A stretch of 64,000 bases of DNA, taken from the NCBI GenBank assembly GCA_964615415.1, contig CAZTNI010000001.1, positions 112,746 through 176,745 on the forward strand, given 5' to 3'. The position numbers were made by a program, and so were the translations under genes. The stretch is from an uncultured Candidatus Saccharibacteria bacterium (GTDB lineage Bacteria; Patescibacteriota; Minisyncoccia; Phycocordibacterales; SBAW01). Under the pieces are notes generated by a model. That model did not search any database. It saw nothing but the letters and a program-made list of their open reading frames with translations, and was not told the DNA's origin. Below, in pieces: positions 1-9,719 of this stretch (the first letter of the stretch is position 1; every line of letters begins with the position of its first letter).

Positions 1-384
1 AGCCAAATCCTCCTCTTGGCTCATGTGTTCCTTGCAGGTACGAGCAGCGGGATTTGCTTGGAGGCGCTCTTCTTCAATCGGCTCTCCAGAAATCTCGCAG
101 GTACCATACGTCCCTTCCTCTATCTTTGCAAGTGCCGCTTTGATTTCTTTGTGGCGTGCTTCAAGAGCGTCTGTCACTATATTGTTTTGTGTAAGCTCTT
201 CAATCTGATCTGCGGCTTCGTTCGGGTCGGCAAGTGGACTGAGGGTGTCGATACCGCCTGGAGTAGCGTCCCAATTTTCTGCTTGTGTCGGGTCTTTCTT
301 GGCAATATTGGAAAGTTCGCGTTCTATCTCTGTTGCTTCTGCCTCGAGCTTGTTTTTAAAGTGTGCAATCTGGTCGCTATTCAT
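1..384 (-). CDS. DksA/TraR-family protein (3' end runs off window)
   Basis: Hand translation: MNSDQIAHFKNKLEAE...DPNEAADQIEE...AALAKIEEGTYGTCEISGEPIEEERLQANPAARTCKEH; not in ORF track. Confidence 0.85.
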   Translation of the reverse strand, partial: MNSDQIAHFKNKLEAEATEIERELSNIAKKDPTQAENWDATPGGIDTLSPLADPNEAADQIEELTQNNIVTDALEARHKEIKAALAKIEEGTYGTCEISGEPIEEERLQANPAARTCKEHMSQEEDLA

Positions 385-393
385 ACCCTAATA

Positions 394-1554
394 CTACGGT
401 ACAAGCGGTATATCCGTAAAGCGGGTAATAATCTCAAGCAGGGTATGATTATTGGTCGTAATGACGACGGTCTCTCGGTCGAGGAAGGTCCAAAGGAACA
501 AAATGTCTCCAAATTGGTTTTGTACAACGCGGGCGTCACGATTTTCTACAACCTGGTCAGAAAAAGTAGTTTGCAGTACTTGTACAGGTGGCGTTGTGGT
601 TGCTGCCACTCCCCCCGCTCGCACGCTCGGGGTGCGGTTAAAGAGCGGCAAGAGGTCGTTATACATCGTGCGTTCCCAGGCAAGCATACCTGCGTAGCCA
701 GTCGCAAAGGAATCAACTTTAAAAATCAAAAATGCTTGGTTTTCATCAAATGAGTGGATGCCGAGTGTGTAGTATGTTGGATCGATTGAGCGCACAAGCT
801 CTCCCGGGACAGAGGGCGCAAGAAGCGAAAGGAGTGTGGGCAGAGTTACCAGTTGTGGCGCAGTGTCGGCTGAAGCGGCAGGCGTTGCTATATACAGTCG
901 TCCCATGAGGCCAAGCGACAGTGCAACATTTGTACGTGCGGTAAGCAACAGACTCATCACCGACTCTCGAGTGCGCGCAGTAGGTGGTAGTTCTATAAGC
1001 TGCGTCTTATCCACAAAAATAAACGGCGCTTGTGGATTGTCGGCAATGCGGGTTGTGGGAGTTGTTTGGGTTAAGAGTGCATACGCTACTGCGCCTCCTG
1101 CGCCAAGGAGCAACACTACCCCGAGTCCGATCATGCTCAGTTTTTTAAAAGAGCTTCCCTTTTGTTGCGGTGGTTCTGTTTCGGGTGTTGGTGTTGCCGC
1201 ACGTCGGTCTGCCTCTGCTGCTGCAATATGAGTAAGAGACACATTCTTGTGTTCCACTAACTGCTCTACGTCGCCTTGGTATGTCTTAAGCGGCACTACA
1301 AGTTCCGGCTCTTTTTTAGGAACGGCAGGAGTAGGCACAGGCACCGAAGCCCCCTCCTCTTTTTTAGGAAGTAGGGTCGCGTTCGTTTCTTGTTCAAGGA
1401 GTACGCTGGCGTTTACGCGTTGCGCACTTGCAGGGGAATGAATTTCTTTTTTGGGCAGCAGAATACTATCAATATCCACCTGCGCTTTAGAGGGAGGTGT
1501 TCCAGCAGGCTTATTCTCGGGGAGGTCTTTGGGTTCTTGGGGTTGCGGAGGCAT
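394..1554 (-). CDS. Hypothetical single-pass membrane protein
   Basis: Long ORF with Pro-rich N-terminus and one TM segment (IGLGVVLLLGAGGAVAYALL); start uncertain (1554 or 1584), overlaps pnp end. Confidence 0.7.
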   Translation of the reverse strand: MPPQPQEPKDLPENKPAGTPPSKAQVDIDSILLPKKEIHSPASAQRVNASVLLEQETNATLLPKKEEGASVPVPTPAVPKKEPELVVPLKTYQGDVEQLVEHKNVSLTHIAAAEADRRAATPTPETEPPQQKGSSFKKLSMIGLGVVLLLGAGGAVAYALLTQTTPTTRIADNPQAPFIFVDKTQLIELPPTARTRESVMSLLLTARTNVALSLGLMGRLYIATPAASADTAPQLVTLPTLLSLLAPSVPGELVRSIDPTYYTLGIHSFDENQAFLIFKVDSFATGYAGMLAWERTMYNDLLPLFNRTPSVRAGGVAATTTPPVQVLQTTFSDQVVENRDARVVQNQFGDILFLWTFLDRETVVITTNNHTLLEIITRFTDIPLVP

Positions 1555-3679
1555 TGCTTGGTTTGAGACCCTTGCGTGCTGCAAAGTCCGGGTCGATCGC
1601 TTTGATAGAAAGGTTTATGCGACCTTTCTCGTCGATCTCTTTAATTATAACCCGCACCTTTTCCCCTACCGTGAGAGCGTCACCTACTTTTTCAATCCTA
1701 AATGGTGCGACTTCAGATACGTGAACCAATCCTTCTGCATCTTTGCCAGGACCAATGCGCACAAATGCACCGAAGTCCATCATGCGAGTTACTTCTCCGT
1801 CGTATGTCTCCCCTGCTTTGTACTCTTTCACAAGAGCTTCGATCATGGCTTTTGCCATCTGTGCTGCGCCGTTTTTACCGGTGATAAAGATAGAACCGTC
1901 GTCGTCGATCGTGATGTCGTCAACTTCAGACACATCCTTAATGCCGTTAATAGTTTTTCCACCGCCGCCAATAACGAGACCAATTTGGTCCGGCTTTACC
2001 TTCATGGTCACAATTTCTGGCGCACGAGGTGAGATAGTTTGGCGTGGTTGTGCGATCTCTTTTTCAATAACGTCCAAAATTTGTAACCGTGCTGTGCGGG
2101 CGCCTGCAAGTGCTTCGGTCAAAATCGCAACTGGAATGCCATCGAGTTTAATATCAAGTTGAATCGCGGTAATACCTTCGCGGGTACCGGCAACTTTAAA
2201 GTCCATGCCGCCAAATTCGTCTTCAGGACCTTGTATGTCGGTAAGCACTTTGTATCCTCCCCCGTGTGTCATGAGGCCCATCGCAATGCCGGCAACGGGA
2301 CGCTTAATCGGCACGCCGCCGTCCATGAGTGCAAGTGTTGATGCACAGACTGAACCCATCGAGGTTGAGCCGTTTGATGCGAAACACTCCGACACCAAGC
2401 GAATGGTGTATGGAAACTTGTCTTTGTCTGGAATAACTGCGACGAGTGCTTTTTCTGCAAGTGCACCGTGGCCAATTGCGCGACGGTTTTGTCCACCAAC
2501 GCGGCCGGTCTCGCCTGCAGAAAATGGTGGGAAGTTGTAGTGGTGCATGAAGCGCTTTTCTTCATCATGTGCTTCCATAGTGTCGACAATCTGTGAGTCG
2601 CCAGGGCCGCCTAACGTAAGAGCGGTAAACACGTGTGTACCGCCGCGGTAAAAGATGCCTGAGCCGTGGAGGATGTCAGAAATCCCTCCTGCTTTTGCAT
2701 AGAGCGGACGTAGCTGGTCAAACGCGCGGTTGTCAGCACGTTTGTTTTCTTCGACTGCGCCACGATGAATTTCTTCATCCACCTTGTCTTCAAGAAAACG
2801 CTTTACTAAGCCCGGATTAATTTCCTTGAGTGTTTCGTCTGCTTCGACGCGAGTTTTCCACTCTTTTTGCACAGCGTGGATAGCATCCTTACCTGGAGTG
2901 CCACAAAAGACCGCGTCTTTTACTTTTTGTGCGAACTCCGCTTCGAAGAGTGCGGTAAGTGCAGCAGGAACCTCTGGTTTTTCTGCAGACAATTTCGGCT
3001 TCCCGATCGTGCGAACAATATCGTTCTGCCAGGCAATAATTTTGTTGTGTTCCTCGACAGCGCGTGCAAGACCGCTCGCAACTTCGTCTTCATTGGCTTC
3101 GTTTGCAGCAACTTCGACCATGTTGATCGTGTTGTCTTTACCGCAGGCAAGAATGTCGAGTGTTGCGGTCTCGCGCTGTTTGTATGTTGGGTTGATGACG
3201 CTCTCTCCGCCTACGTTACCGATACGAACGCCGGCAACTGGTCCATGCCATGGAATGCTCGACGTCGCGAGTGCGAGTGATGCTGCATTCACTGCAACAG
3301 AGTCAGGATCTTCTTCGTCGAGTGCAAGTACAGTAATAATGACCTGCACTTCGTTGCGGATATGTTGTGGGAATAACGGGCGGATCGTACGGTCGACAAC
3401 GCGGCCCGAAAGTGTTGCTTGTTCGCTCGGGCGACCTTCGCGCTTAATAAAGCGGCTGCCTAAAATTTTTCCTGCAGCGTAAAAGCGTTCTTCGTAATCG
3501 ACAGTGAGTGGAAAGTAGTCAATATCGTCACGCGTTTTCTCGCTCATGACTGCGGTCGCAAGCACGGCGGTGTTGCCGTAGCGCAAAATAACCGAGCCGT
3601 TTGCATTCTCTGCAAGGTCGGTAAATTCTGCTATTAATTTTTTGCCGCCAACTTCTGTCTCAAACTTTTGTACGTTCAT
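1511..3679 (-). CDS. pnp: Polyribonucleotide nucleotidyltransferase
   Basis: FPLTVDYEER, HYNFPPFS, SNGSTSMGSVC, GMDFKVAGT motifs; KH and S1 domains. Confidence 0.98.
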   Translation of the reverse strand: MNVQKFETEVGGKKLIAEFTDLAENANGSVILRYGNTAVLATAVMSEKTRDDIDYFPLTVDYEERFYAAGKILGSRFIKREGRPSEQATLSGRVVDRTIRPLFPQHIRNEVQVIITVLALDEEDPDSVAVNAASLALATSSIPWHGPVAGVRIGNVGGESVINPTYKQRETATLDILACGKDNTINMVEVAANEANEDEVASGLARAVEEHNKIIAWQNDIVRTIGKPKLSAEKPEVPAALTALFEAEFAQKVKDAVFCGTPGKDAIHAVQKEWKTRVEADETLKEINPGLVKRFLEDKVDEEIHRGAVEENKRADNRAFDQLRPLYAKAGGISDILHGSGIFYRGGTHVFTALTLGGPGDSQIVDTMEAHDEEKRFMHHYNFPPFSAGETGRVGGQNRRAIGHGALAEKALVAVIPDKDKFPYTIRLVSECFASNGSTSMGSVCASTLALMDGGVPIKRPVAGIAMGLMTHGGGYKVLTDIQGPEDEFGGMDFKVAGTREGITAIQLDIKLDGIPVAILTEALAGARTARLQILDVIEKEIAQPRQTISPRAPEIVTMKVKPDQIGLVIGGGGKTINGIKDVSEVDDITIDDDGSIFITGKNGAAQMAKAMIEALVKEYKAGETYDGEVTRMMDFGAFVRIGPGKDAEGLVHVSEVAPFRIEKVGDALTVGEKVRVIIKEIDEKGRINLSIKAIDPDFAARKGLKPSNASATPRTQRPPRE

Positions 3680-3740
3680 TTCCTAGACTCTACCAAAAAT
3701 GCCCCTTCCCTACTAGCTTTTTCGGGTGCAAAAGAGTAAC

Positions 3741-3770
3741 TTGACATTTGTCTATTAAATATGGTATAAT
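3741..3770 (+). promoter_or_regulatory. sigma70 promoter of accessory gene
   Basis: TTGACA-18 nt-TATAAT with extended -10 TG. Confidence 0.8.
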
Positions 3771-3806
3771 TAATACGGTAATTGAAATCAGCTCTTAGGA
3801 GTTTGC

Positions 3807-4220
3807 ATGACTCTAAAAAAGTATCTTGTTCTTAAGTGGAGCACGCTTGGCGTTGCTGCGCTGGTGATCGGGGTGGTGTGGGTTTTTCTTCCTCACCTAC
3901 TCATTACTGTTTTCGATTTCAACACCGTATGGCTCGGAGCCATCTGGAGTTGGATCGAGCCGGTACTGCCGAGCGAGGCTTCTGTGCCCATTAATGCGGT
4001 GCAGACGATCTACGCGAGTTTGATCGCTACAATCCACGGCATCTCCTCGCTGCTCTCCGACCACATGGCAGCACAAGTTGAGGCGGCTGCCCGGGGCTTC
4101 CTCGGTGAAGGATGGATTGTGGTAGTGCAACTTGCCATCGTGCTCCGCGTCCTCTGGCTTCTCCTCGTTGCCCTCTTCAGGCGTCGCGAGTATCCAGAAG
4201 TCGGACTTGTTCGACATTAA
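3807..4220 (+). CDS. Hypothetical membrane protein
   Basis: AGGAG SD, consensus promoter, hydrophobic segments. Confidence 0.75.
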   Translation: MTLKKYLVLKWSTLGVAALVIGVVWVFLPHLLITVFDFNTVWLGAIWSWIEPVLPSEASVPINAVQTIYASLIATIHGISSLLSDHMAAQVEAAARGFLGEGWIVVVQLAIVLRVLWLLLVALFRRREYPEVGLVRH

Positions 4221-4221
4221 C

Positions 4222-4261
4222 AATCGCCGCGACCTATTGTAGGTCGCGGCGATTTCTTTTT
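4222..4261 (+). terminator. Intrinsic terminator, copy 1 of duplicated pair
   Basis: AATCGCCGCGACCTA-TTG-TAGGTCGCGGCGATT followed by T-rich tract. Confidence 0.85.
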
Positions 4262-4317
4262 GACACAAATTGCTCTGGTGTGTATGTTTTGTATAGAGCA
4301 AAGAAAGAGGTTCTCCA

Positions 4318-4833
4318 GTGTGGAACAAGATAGAACGGATTAGTCGCAGGTTGCGCATAAGTAGCGTGTTTTGGAGCCTTGTGCTTCCACTGCTGATGTG
4401 TTTTCGACCAAGTCAAGCAATTAAATGTCGCCTTGCGCAAGATCTTGGAAACGGGCGATACAAGATTTTCGATACAGGAGAAGAATTCTCGGGACAACTT
4501 CCAGATGGTGTTGTCTGGGATGACTCTCGGTTGCGTCAAAAAGGTGTTGGCCCCGACGAAAAGTCGTTTTGTGTGTCGACCCCCGCTGGTTCGTGGTTCA
4601 TTGATGGGCGCGCGTCAAATTGTAGGAAGGCGCATACCGAACCTTATAATAATTGCTGGGTGCGCACAGGCTCAGTTGAAGATGGAACCCTCCATGTTGC
4701 GACAGCTTGTAGCGGCAACTGCTATGTTGGGTCGGGTTCAATCAAAACAAGGACCTTTCATGGTTTTTTACGACACGGCCACCTAATCCGTGTTGGAGGT
4801 AAACAACTTAAAAACCGCCGCGACCTATTGTAG
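4318..4833 (+). CDS. Hypothetical Cys/His-rich protein
   Basis: 171 aa ORF with WFIDGRASNC, CWVRTG, FHGFLRHG; upstream TTGACA at 4260; start uncertain. Confidence 0.6.
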   Translation: MWNKIERISRRLRISSVFWSLVLPLLMCFRPSQAIKCRLAQDLGNGRYKIFDTGEEFSGQLPDGVVWDDSRLRQKGVGPDEKSFCVSTPAGSWFIDGRASNCRKAHTEPYNNCWVRTGSVEDGTLHVATACSGNCYVGSGSIKTRTFHGFLRHGHLIRVGGKQLKNRRDLL

Positions 4834-4850
4834 GTCGCGGCGGTTTCTTA
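4812..4850. terminator. Bidirectional terminator, copy 2 of duplicated pair
   Basis: Same 27-nt core CGCCGCGACCTATTGTAGGTCGCGGCG as 4225-4251. Confidence 0.85.
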
Positions 4851-4855
4851 TTCTT

Positions 4856-5491
4856 TTACTCTTCGCCCGACATTTTTATTGCCGGATCTTCACTGTCGTT
4901 ACTCTCCCCTTTCTCTGGCGGTTCAGGCATCTCGGGTTCTGGCGCGGCACTAAATCCAGGGATAGAAAATCCTTTTCCTCCGCCGCGGCCAATAAGATAG
5001 GTTCGTGGGTTGTCAGACATATCAATAAAATCATCTGCAGCTTCTTTTAGTACGCCTGCAGCGGACTTTCCAAAGGCAATAACTTCCACTTGGCAGCCCT
5101 GCGAGTAGCGCAAGTATTCAACAAGCGGTTCAAAGTCGCCGTCTCCGGTTGCAAGGACGATGGTGTCGAGCTTTTCAGACATGGCGATAGCGTCGATGGC
5201 CATACCGATGTCCCAGTCTGCTTTTTTAGCGCCGCCAGCAAAGACGCGAATGTCCTTCACCTTTGTTTCGATGCCGAGTTTGTTAAGCGCTTCAAAGAAG
5301 CCTTTTTCCTCCTCGGACTCGGTGCGGATAACGTATGCAACGGCGCGAATAAGTTGGCGCCCCGCGAGCGCTTCTTTAACGACGTTGCCAAAGTTTACCT
5401 TTGCGCGATAGAGATTTTTTGCGCTGTGGTAGAGGTTTTGCGTGTCAATAAAAATGCCGACACGCTGGCTTTTATGCTTAATGATAGCCAT
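4856..5491 (-). CDS. NYN/LabA-DUF88 (PIN-like) domain protein
   Basis: FIDTQNLY, KADWDIGMAID, TGDGDFEPL motifs. Confidence 0.92.
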   Translation of the reverse strand: MAIIKHKSQRVGIFIDTQNLYHSAKNLYRAKVNFGNVVKEALAGRQLIRAVAYVIRTESEEEKGFFEALNKLGIETKVKDIRVFAGGAKKADWDIGMAIDAIAMSEKLDTIVLATGDGDFEPLVEYLRYSQGCQVEVIAFGKSAAGVLKEAADDFIDMSDNPRTYLIGRGGGKGFSIPGFSAAPEPEMPEPPEKGESNDSEDPAIKMSGEE

Positions 5492-5623
5492 GAAAACTAA
5501 GAACTAAAAACTTTATAAAAATACTTCTGCTGACAAAAAACAAAAATAGGCTGTACCCTACTTTAGTATATACCACGTACAACTGGTGAAAGTATTACCA
5601 GGTGTCTAAAAAGAAAACGACCC

Positions 5624-5890
5624 TTATTTTTTAAGGCTCAATTTCTTAACAATTGCGTTGTAACGCTTCTTGTCTTTGCCCTCGAGATACTTCAGGTGGG
5701 TGCGGCGGTCTGCAACCATCTGAAGAAGACCACGGCGAGAGTGTTTGTCCTTGTCGTGCTTCTTAAGGTGAGTAGTAAGCTCGTCGATGCGCTTCGTTAA
5801 AATAGCGATTTGCACCTCAGGAGAGCCGCTATCCGTATCATGGATCGCGACTTCTTTAATAACCTTCTCCTTTTTGCGCTTTGTCAGCAT
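5624..5890 (-). CDS. rpsO: 30S ribosomal protein S15
   Basis: [20 protein letters not shown]. Confidence 0.98.
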   Translation of the reverse strand: MLTKRKKEKVIKEVAIHDTDSGSPEVQIAILTKRIDELTTHLKKHDKDKHSRRGLLQMVADRRTHLKYLEGKDKKRYNAIVKKLSLKK

Positions 5891-6019
5891 GGCACCATCG
5901 TAGCACAGCTATTAAGCTTTTGCAAGTCCTCCCTTTAGGGGCCTTGTTTTAAGCGGAAACCGGGGTATAGTGCCAGCGGTTTAAGGTACATAGATCGTTC
6001 CTCATACAATAGGTGTCCT

Positions 6020-7057
6020 ATGAAAGCTTCCGAAGTGCTTACGCACTACTTCCCTTCTGTTGAGATGGCGATTGTTGAGCCATTTGGCGACGGGCTCGTA
6101 AACGAAACGTATCGTGTGCGCGTTCCGAGTCCAATTGGTGAGCAGTCCTACATCTTACAAAGAATGAATCCTGCTTTCTCTCCCCTTCTTATGGAAGATA
6201 TTGATGCAGTGTCCTCGCATTTGCTTAGTAAAGGAGTGGGAGTTCCTCAAGTAGTTCGCTCCTTGAATGGGTCGTTGTACGTGCAAGATGGAAAAAACTG
6301 GTGGCGCATGCTTACGTTTGTTCCTGGGACTACACATGTTGTTGCCGCCGAGCAAAGCCATATATATGAAGCTGGAAGGTTAGCAGGCCAAGCGCATGCA
6401 GCACTGAGTGATTTCTCGCGTGTGTTTCTCCACGTCTTGCCTGGTTTCCACGATACAGACGGGGTTATGTCGAAGCTGGATATAATGCTCAAGCGGGAAG
6501 CGGCTTCGTCAAAGTATAAGGTGCTGGGGCCGCTTGGGTTAGCTATCCTTTCTGCCTTGGAGAGTCTGCCCCGCGTTGCAGGTGTCCCTATCCGTGTTAT
6601 CCATGGCGATCTGAAGCTCGCTAATATTCGCTTCGATGAAAGTGGCTCGCGAGCGATTGCATTGCTAGACCTCGACACATTCATGCGAGCGCCCGTTGCT
6701 ATTGAACTTGGCGATGCGCTGCGCAGCTGGTGTGCGAATAAAAACGAAGATGATGCGTCCATCAGTTTCAACCTCGACTTGTATAAAGCAGCTCTCGAAG
6801 GATACGCCTCCTTTGCATCCTTCATGGAATGGGAAGAGTGGCGCTCTATTCCTGTCGGCATAGCGCAGATCACGCTTGAGCTCGCAGCGCGGTACATCAT
6901 TGATGCGTTTGAAGAGTCGTATTTCAGATATGATTCTTCAAAATATGCCTCGCTGTTTGAACACAATCTTGCAAGAGCTCGTGCGCAACACTTGCTCTAT
7001 CTCGATCTGTGGGCAAAACGTGACAAGCTTTTTTCTTTGCTCCCTATCCCCGGCTAA
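6020..7057 (+). CDS. Aminoglycoside-phosphotransferase/choline-kinase-like protein
   Basis: GLVNETY, HGDLKLANI, DLDT kinase motifs. Confidence 0.85.
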   Translation: MKASEVLTHYFPSVEMAIVEPFGDGLVNETYRVRVPSPIGEQSYILQRMNPAFSPLLMEDIDAVSSHLLSKGVGVPQVVRSLNGSLYVQDGKNWWRMLTFVPGTTHVVAAEQSHIYEAGRLAGQAHAALSDFSRVFLHVLPGFHDTDGVMSKLDIMLKREAASSKYKVLGPLGLAILSALESLPRVAGVPIRVIHGDLKLANIRFDESGSRAIALLDLDTFMRAPVAIELGDALRSWCANKNEDDASISFNLDLYKAALEGYASFASFMEWEEWRSIPVGIAQITLELAARYIIDAFEESYFRYDSSKYASLFEHNLARARAQHLLYLDLWAKRDKLFSLLPIPG

Positions 7058-7114
7058 CACCGGGGCTTCTTTTTATATAGGTCGCACAATATCGCGTTAC
7101 AATAGTGTGTACGT

Positions 7115-8026
7115 ATGGCTCAAAACCAGCTCCTTAACCTAAAGACCGAGTTTTTGGAGTATCTCGAGATCGAAAAAGGCCGCAGTATTAAGACGGTTGA
7201 GAATTATGACCGCTATATTACGCGGTTTATAGCTTTTGCGAAGATTTCTGCTCCAAAACATATAGAAGAGCGCACGGTACGCGAGTTCCGCCTCCACTTA
7301 AACCGTCAACCAGGCACCTCGAGCACGATGAAGCACAAGACGCAGAACTATTACATGATCTCGATCCGCGCGTTTTTAAAGTTTTTGCGCAAACGCGGCA
7401 TAGAATCCCTTAATCCTGAACGTATTGAGCTTGCAAAGGTGGGCGCACGCGACTTGGACCTTATTTCTTCGCAAGAACTCGATCGCCTGATGCAAGGACC
7501 AAAAGGCACTACGCTACGCGCCTTGCGCGACAAGGCAATAATGGAGCTGCTTTTCTCAACAGGTCTGCGCGTGTCTGAGCTTTGTTCGCTTAACCGCGAC
7601 TTAGACCTCTCGCGCGATGAATTTTCTATACGTGGTAAGGGTGAAAAGGTGCGGGTAGTGTTTTTGTCGACAGAGGCAAAGGCTGCAATTAAAGCCTACT
7701 TAGACAAACGCGGTGATGTTGATGAAGCGCTTTTTATACAAATGGGCAAAGCGTCTAAAAATGCGCATGAACTACGTCTTACTCCCCGCTCGGTGGAGCG
7801 TCTTATTAAACAGTATGCAATTAAAGCGGGCATTACGCGCAAAGTAACGCCGCACGTTATCCGCCACTCGTTTGCAACGGATCTTTTGGAAAACGGTGCC
7901 GACTTACGCTCCGTGCAAGCCTTGCTTGGCCACGCAAACATAGCGACAACACAGGTCTACACCCACATTACCGACAAACACCTGCGCGAAATCCATAAAA
8001 AATTCCACGGCCAGAGAAGGAAGTAA
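7115..8026 (+). CDS. XerC/XerD-type tyrosine recombinase
   Basis: TGLRVSEL, GKGEK, HVIRHSFAT, LGH, TTQVYTH catalytic residues. Confidence 0.95.
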   Translation: MAQNQLLNLKTEFLEYLEIEKGRSIKTVENYDRYITRFIAFAKISAPKHIEERTVREFRLHLNRQPGTSSTMKHKTQNYYMISIRAFLKFLRKRGIESLNPERIELAKVGARDLDLISSQELDRLMQGPKGTTLRALRDKAIMELLFSTGLRVSELCSLNRDLDLSRDEFSIRGKGEKVRVVFLSTEAKAAIKAYLDKRGDVDEALFIQMGKASKNAHELRLTPRSVERLIKQYAIKAGITRKVTPHVIRHSFATDLLENGADLRSVQALLGHANIATTQVYTHITDKHLREIHKKFHGQRRK

Positions 8027-8037
8027 AAGAAAAAGCC

Positions 8038-8367
8038 TCAGGATTGCTGAGGCCTCGAGTTCTTCTTCTTTGTTGCGGCAACAAGGTCTGCGACAGCTTG
8101 CGGATCTGTTTTAATCATGGAAACTAACAACCGCATCTTAGTTGAAGGCTTGATGCCTCGGGCTAGCTCAGCGGTGTGAATCTCAGCCGTGGATATGTCG
8201 TATTGTGCTGAGAATTCCTCCACTGACATACCTAATTGTTGCCGAAGTTCACGCAGTTCGTCCGCAAATTCCTGTGTTGGAAGCTTTTCTGTTTGTTTGA
8301 ACTCCAGAGCAGCTTCCTCCACCATGCGGAGTATTCGCTCCTCGATAGGTTCTCTAGGGTCTTCCAT
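8038..8367 (-). CDS. XRE-like helix-turn-helix protein
   Basis: LRELRQQLGMSVEEFS...IHTAE; AGGAGGTGA SD. Confidence 0.65.
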   Translation of the reverse strand: MEDPREPIEERILRMVEEAALEFKQTEKLPTQEFADELRELRQQLGMSVEEFSAQYDISTAEIHTAELARGIKPSTKMRLLVSMIKTDPQAVADLVAATKKKNSRPQQS

Positions 8368-8410
8368 TCTTCACCTCCTGGCGTCTACCCTACCATGGTA
8401 TTCTGATCGC

Positions 8411-9202
8411 ATGAAACTAATCTCCTGGAATGTTAATGGGATCCGGGCGGTACATAAGAAGGGGCTTTTTGTGCCTTTTGTTAAGAAATACAACCCAGAT
8501 ATCATTTGTTTACAGGAAACAAAGGCCGAACAGGGCCAAAGTGAGGTGGATTTGCCAGAGTACGAAGAGTTTTGGAACTCTGCGGAAAAGAAGGGCTACA
8601 GCGGCACTGCTATCTTTACCAAGGTCAAACCAAAGAGCGTTTTCTTAGGTCTACCAGCCGACATAACTAGTAAACACAAGCTTTCTGACGATGGGTACGG
8701 TGACCCGGCAAAGGAGGGCCGGGTTGTTGCGGCAGAGTTTGACAACTACTTTGTGGTCACGGTTTATACCCCCAATGCTAAGGACGACCTTTCCCGGGTG
8801 AAGCTCCGCCACAAACAGTGGGACCCGGCCTTTTTGGAGTACGTGCAGCGGTTAGAGGAAAAGAAGCCGGTCATCTTTTGTGGCGACCTTAATGTTGCTC
8901 ATACGCCGGACGACCTCGCGCGACCTAAGGAGAACGTTGGTAAGAAGGGTTTTACCGACGAAGAGCGCGAAGGCATAGAAAACATTGTAAATGCTGGTTT
9001 TATTGATACTTTTCGCCTGTTTACCCAAGGAAATGGCCACTATACGTGGTGGAGCCACTTTGCGAACGCTCGTGCACGGAACGTCGGTTGGCGTATAGAC
9101 TACTTTTTTGTATCAAAAGCGTTGAAAAATAAGGTTAAAAAGGCAGAAATCCTTCCAGAAGTCGTTGGTTCCGATCACTGCCCTGTATTGCTAGAGCTAT
9201 AA
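8411..9202 (+). CDS. xth: Exodeoxyribonuclease III / AP endonuclease
   Basis: SWNVNGIRA, LQETK, GDLNVAH, GWRIDYF, SDHCP. Confidence 0.96.
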   Translation: MKLISWNVNGIRAVHKKGLFVPFVKKYNPDIICLQETKAEQGQSEVDLPEYEEFWNSAEKKGYSGTAIFTKVKPKSVFLGLPADITSKHKLSDDGYGDPAKEGRVVAAEFDNYFVVTVYTPNAKDDLSRVKLRHKQWDPAFLEYVQRLEEKKPVIFCGDLNVAHTPDDLARPKENVGKKGFTDEEREGIENIVNAGFIDTFRLFTQGNGHYTWWSHFANARARNVGWRIDYFFVSKALKNKVKKAEILPEVVGSDHCPVLLEL

Positions 9203-9206
9203 GCAT

Positions 9207-9280
9207 AGAGACTGCAAGAATCTCCTTTGCTCCGGAGAGATATACCTCACTCCTGCACAAAGGAGATTCTTGCAGTCTCT
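9207..9280. repeat. Perfect 23-bp inverted repeat
   Basis: AGAGACTGCAAGAATCTCCTTTG (9207-9229) / CAAAGGAGATTCTTGCAGTCTCT (9258-9280). Confidence 0.9.
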
Positions 9281-9339
9281 CGGACCACACTATTTTTAAG
9301 AGGAGTGTTTACTCTGCTCCATTGATTTCATTTTTTGGG

Positions 9340-9630
9340 TACAAAAAACCCCTCGCGTTCTAGGAGTATGTTGCGAGGGGTTCGGACCCATTACCTATTC
9401 AGAGACTCTTTCGAAAGAACTAATGACCTAACGAACTCGAACTGTTGGGTGGAAGCGTAATACCTCTTTCCCAAAAATATTTAGACTAGTGTAGATATAC
9501 GTACACGTCCAACGTTATGAAGGGGTCTGTGAATATGGTCCAGCCGTAGCTATCGGCTTTGTGAACGGAAAGAACTATGTTGTATTGATCTTTGATACAG
9601 GGTACAAAATCAAACTCAATACGTTATCCG
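9340..9630 (-). ncRNA. Candidate ~290 nt non-coding RNA
   Basis: Minus-strand TTTACT-17-TACTAT promoter (9665-9637), U-tailed terminator at 9343-9382, no ORF between. Confidence 0.4.
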
Positions 9631-9719
9631 ATATTGATAGTACGTGTCCTTTAAAAAAGAGTAAAGGACATTAAAGACAATTTATGTGGATAAGTTGCAA
9701 GTACACTGAAAAAACCTTG

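Noticed and set aside
16-753. 245-aa plus-strand ORF and the many other antisense or overlapping ORFs in the track
   Set aside because: They are shadows of well-supported genes on the opposite strand or in another frame (here the DksA-like gene and 394-1554).
7115-8026. Mobile-element integrase
   Set aside because: Size and motifs fit a housekeeping XerC/D. There is no IntI-specific insertion and no att repeats were seen.
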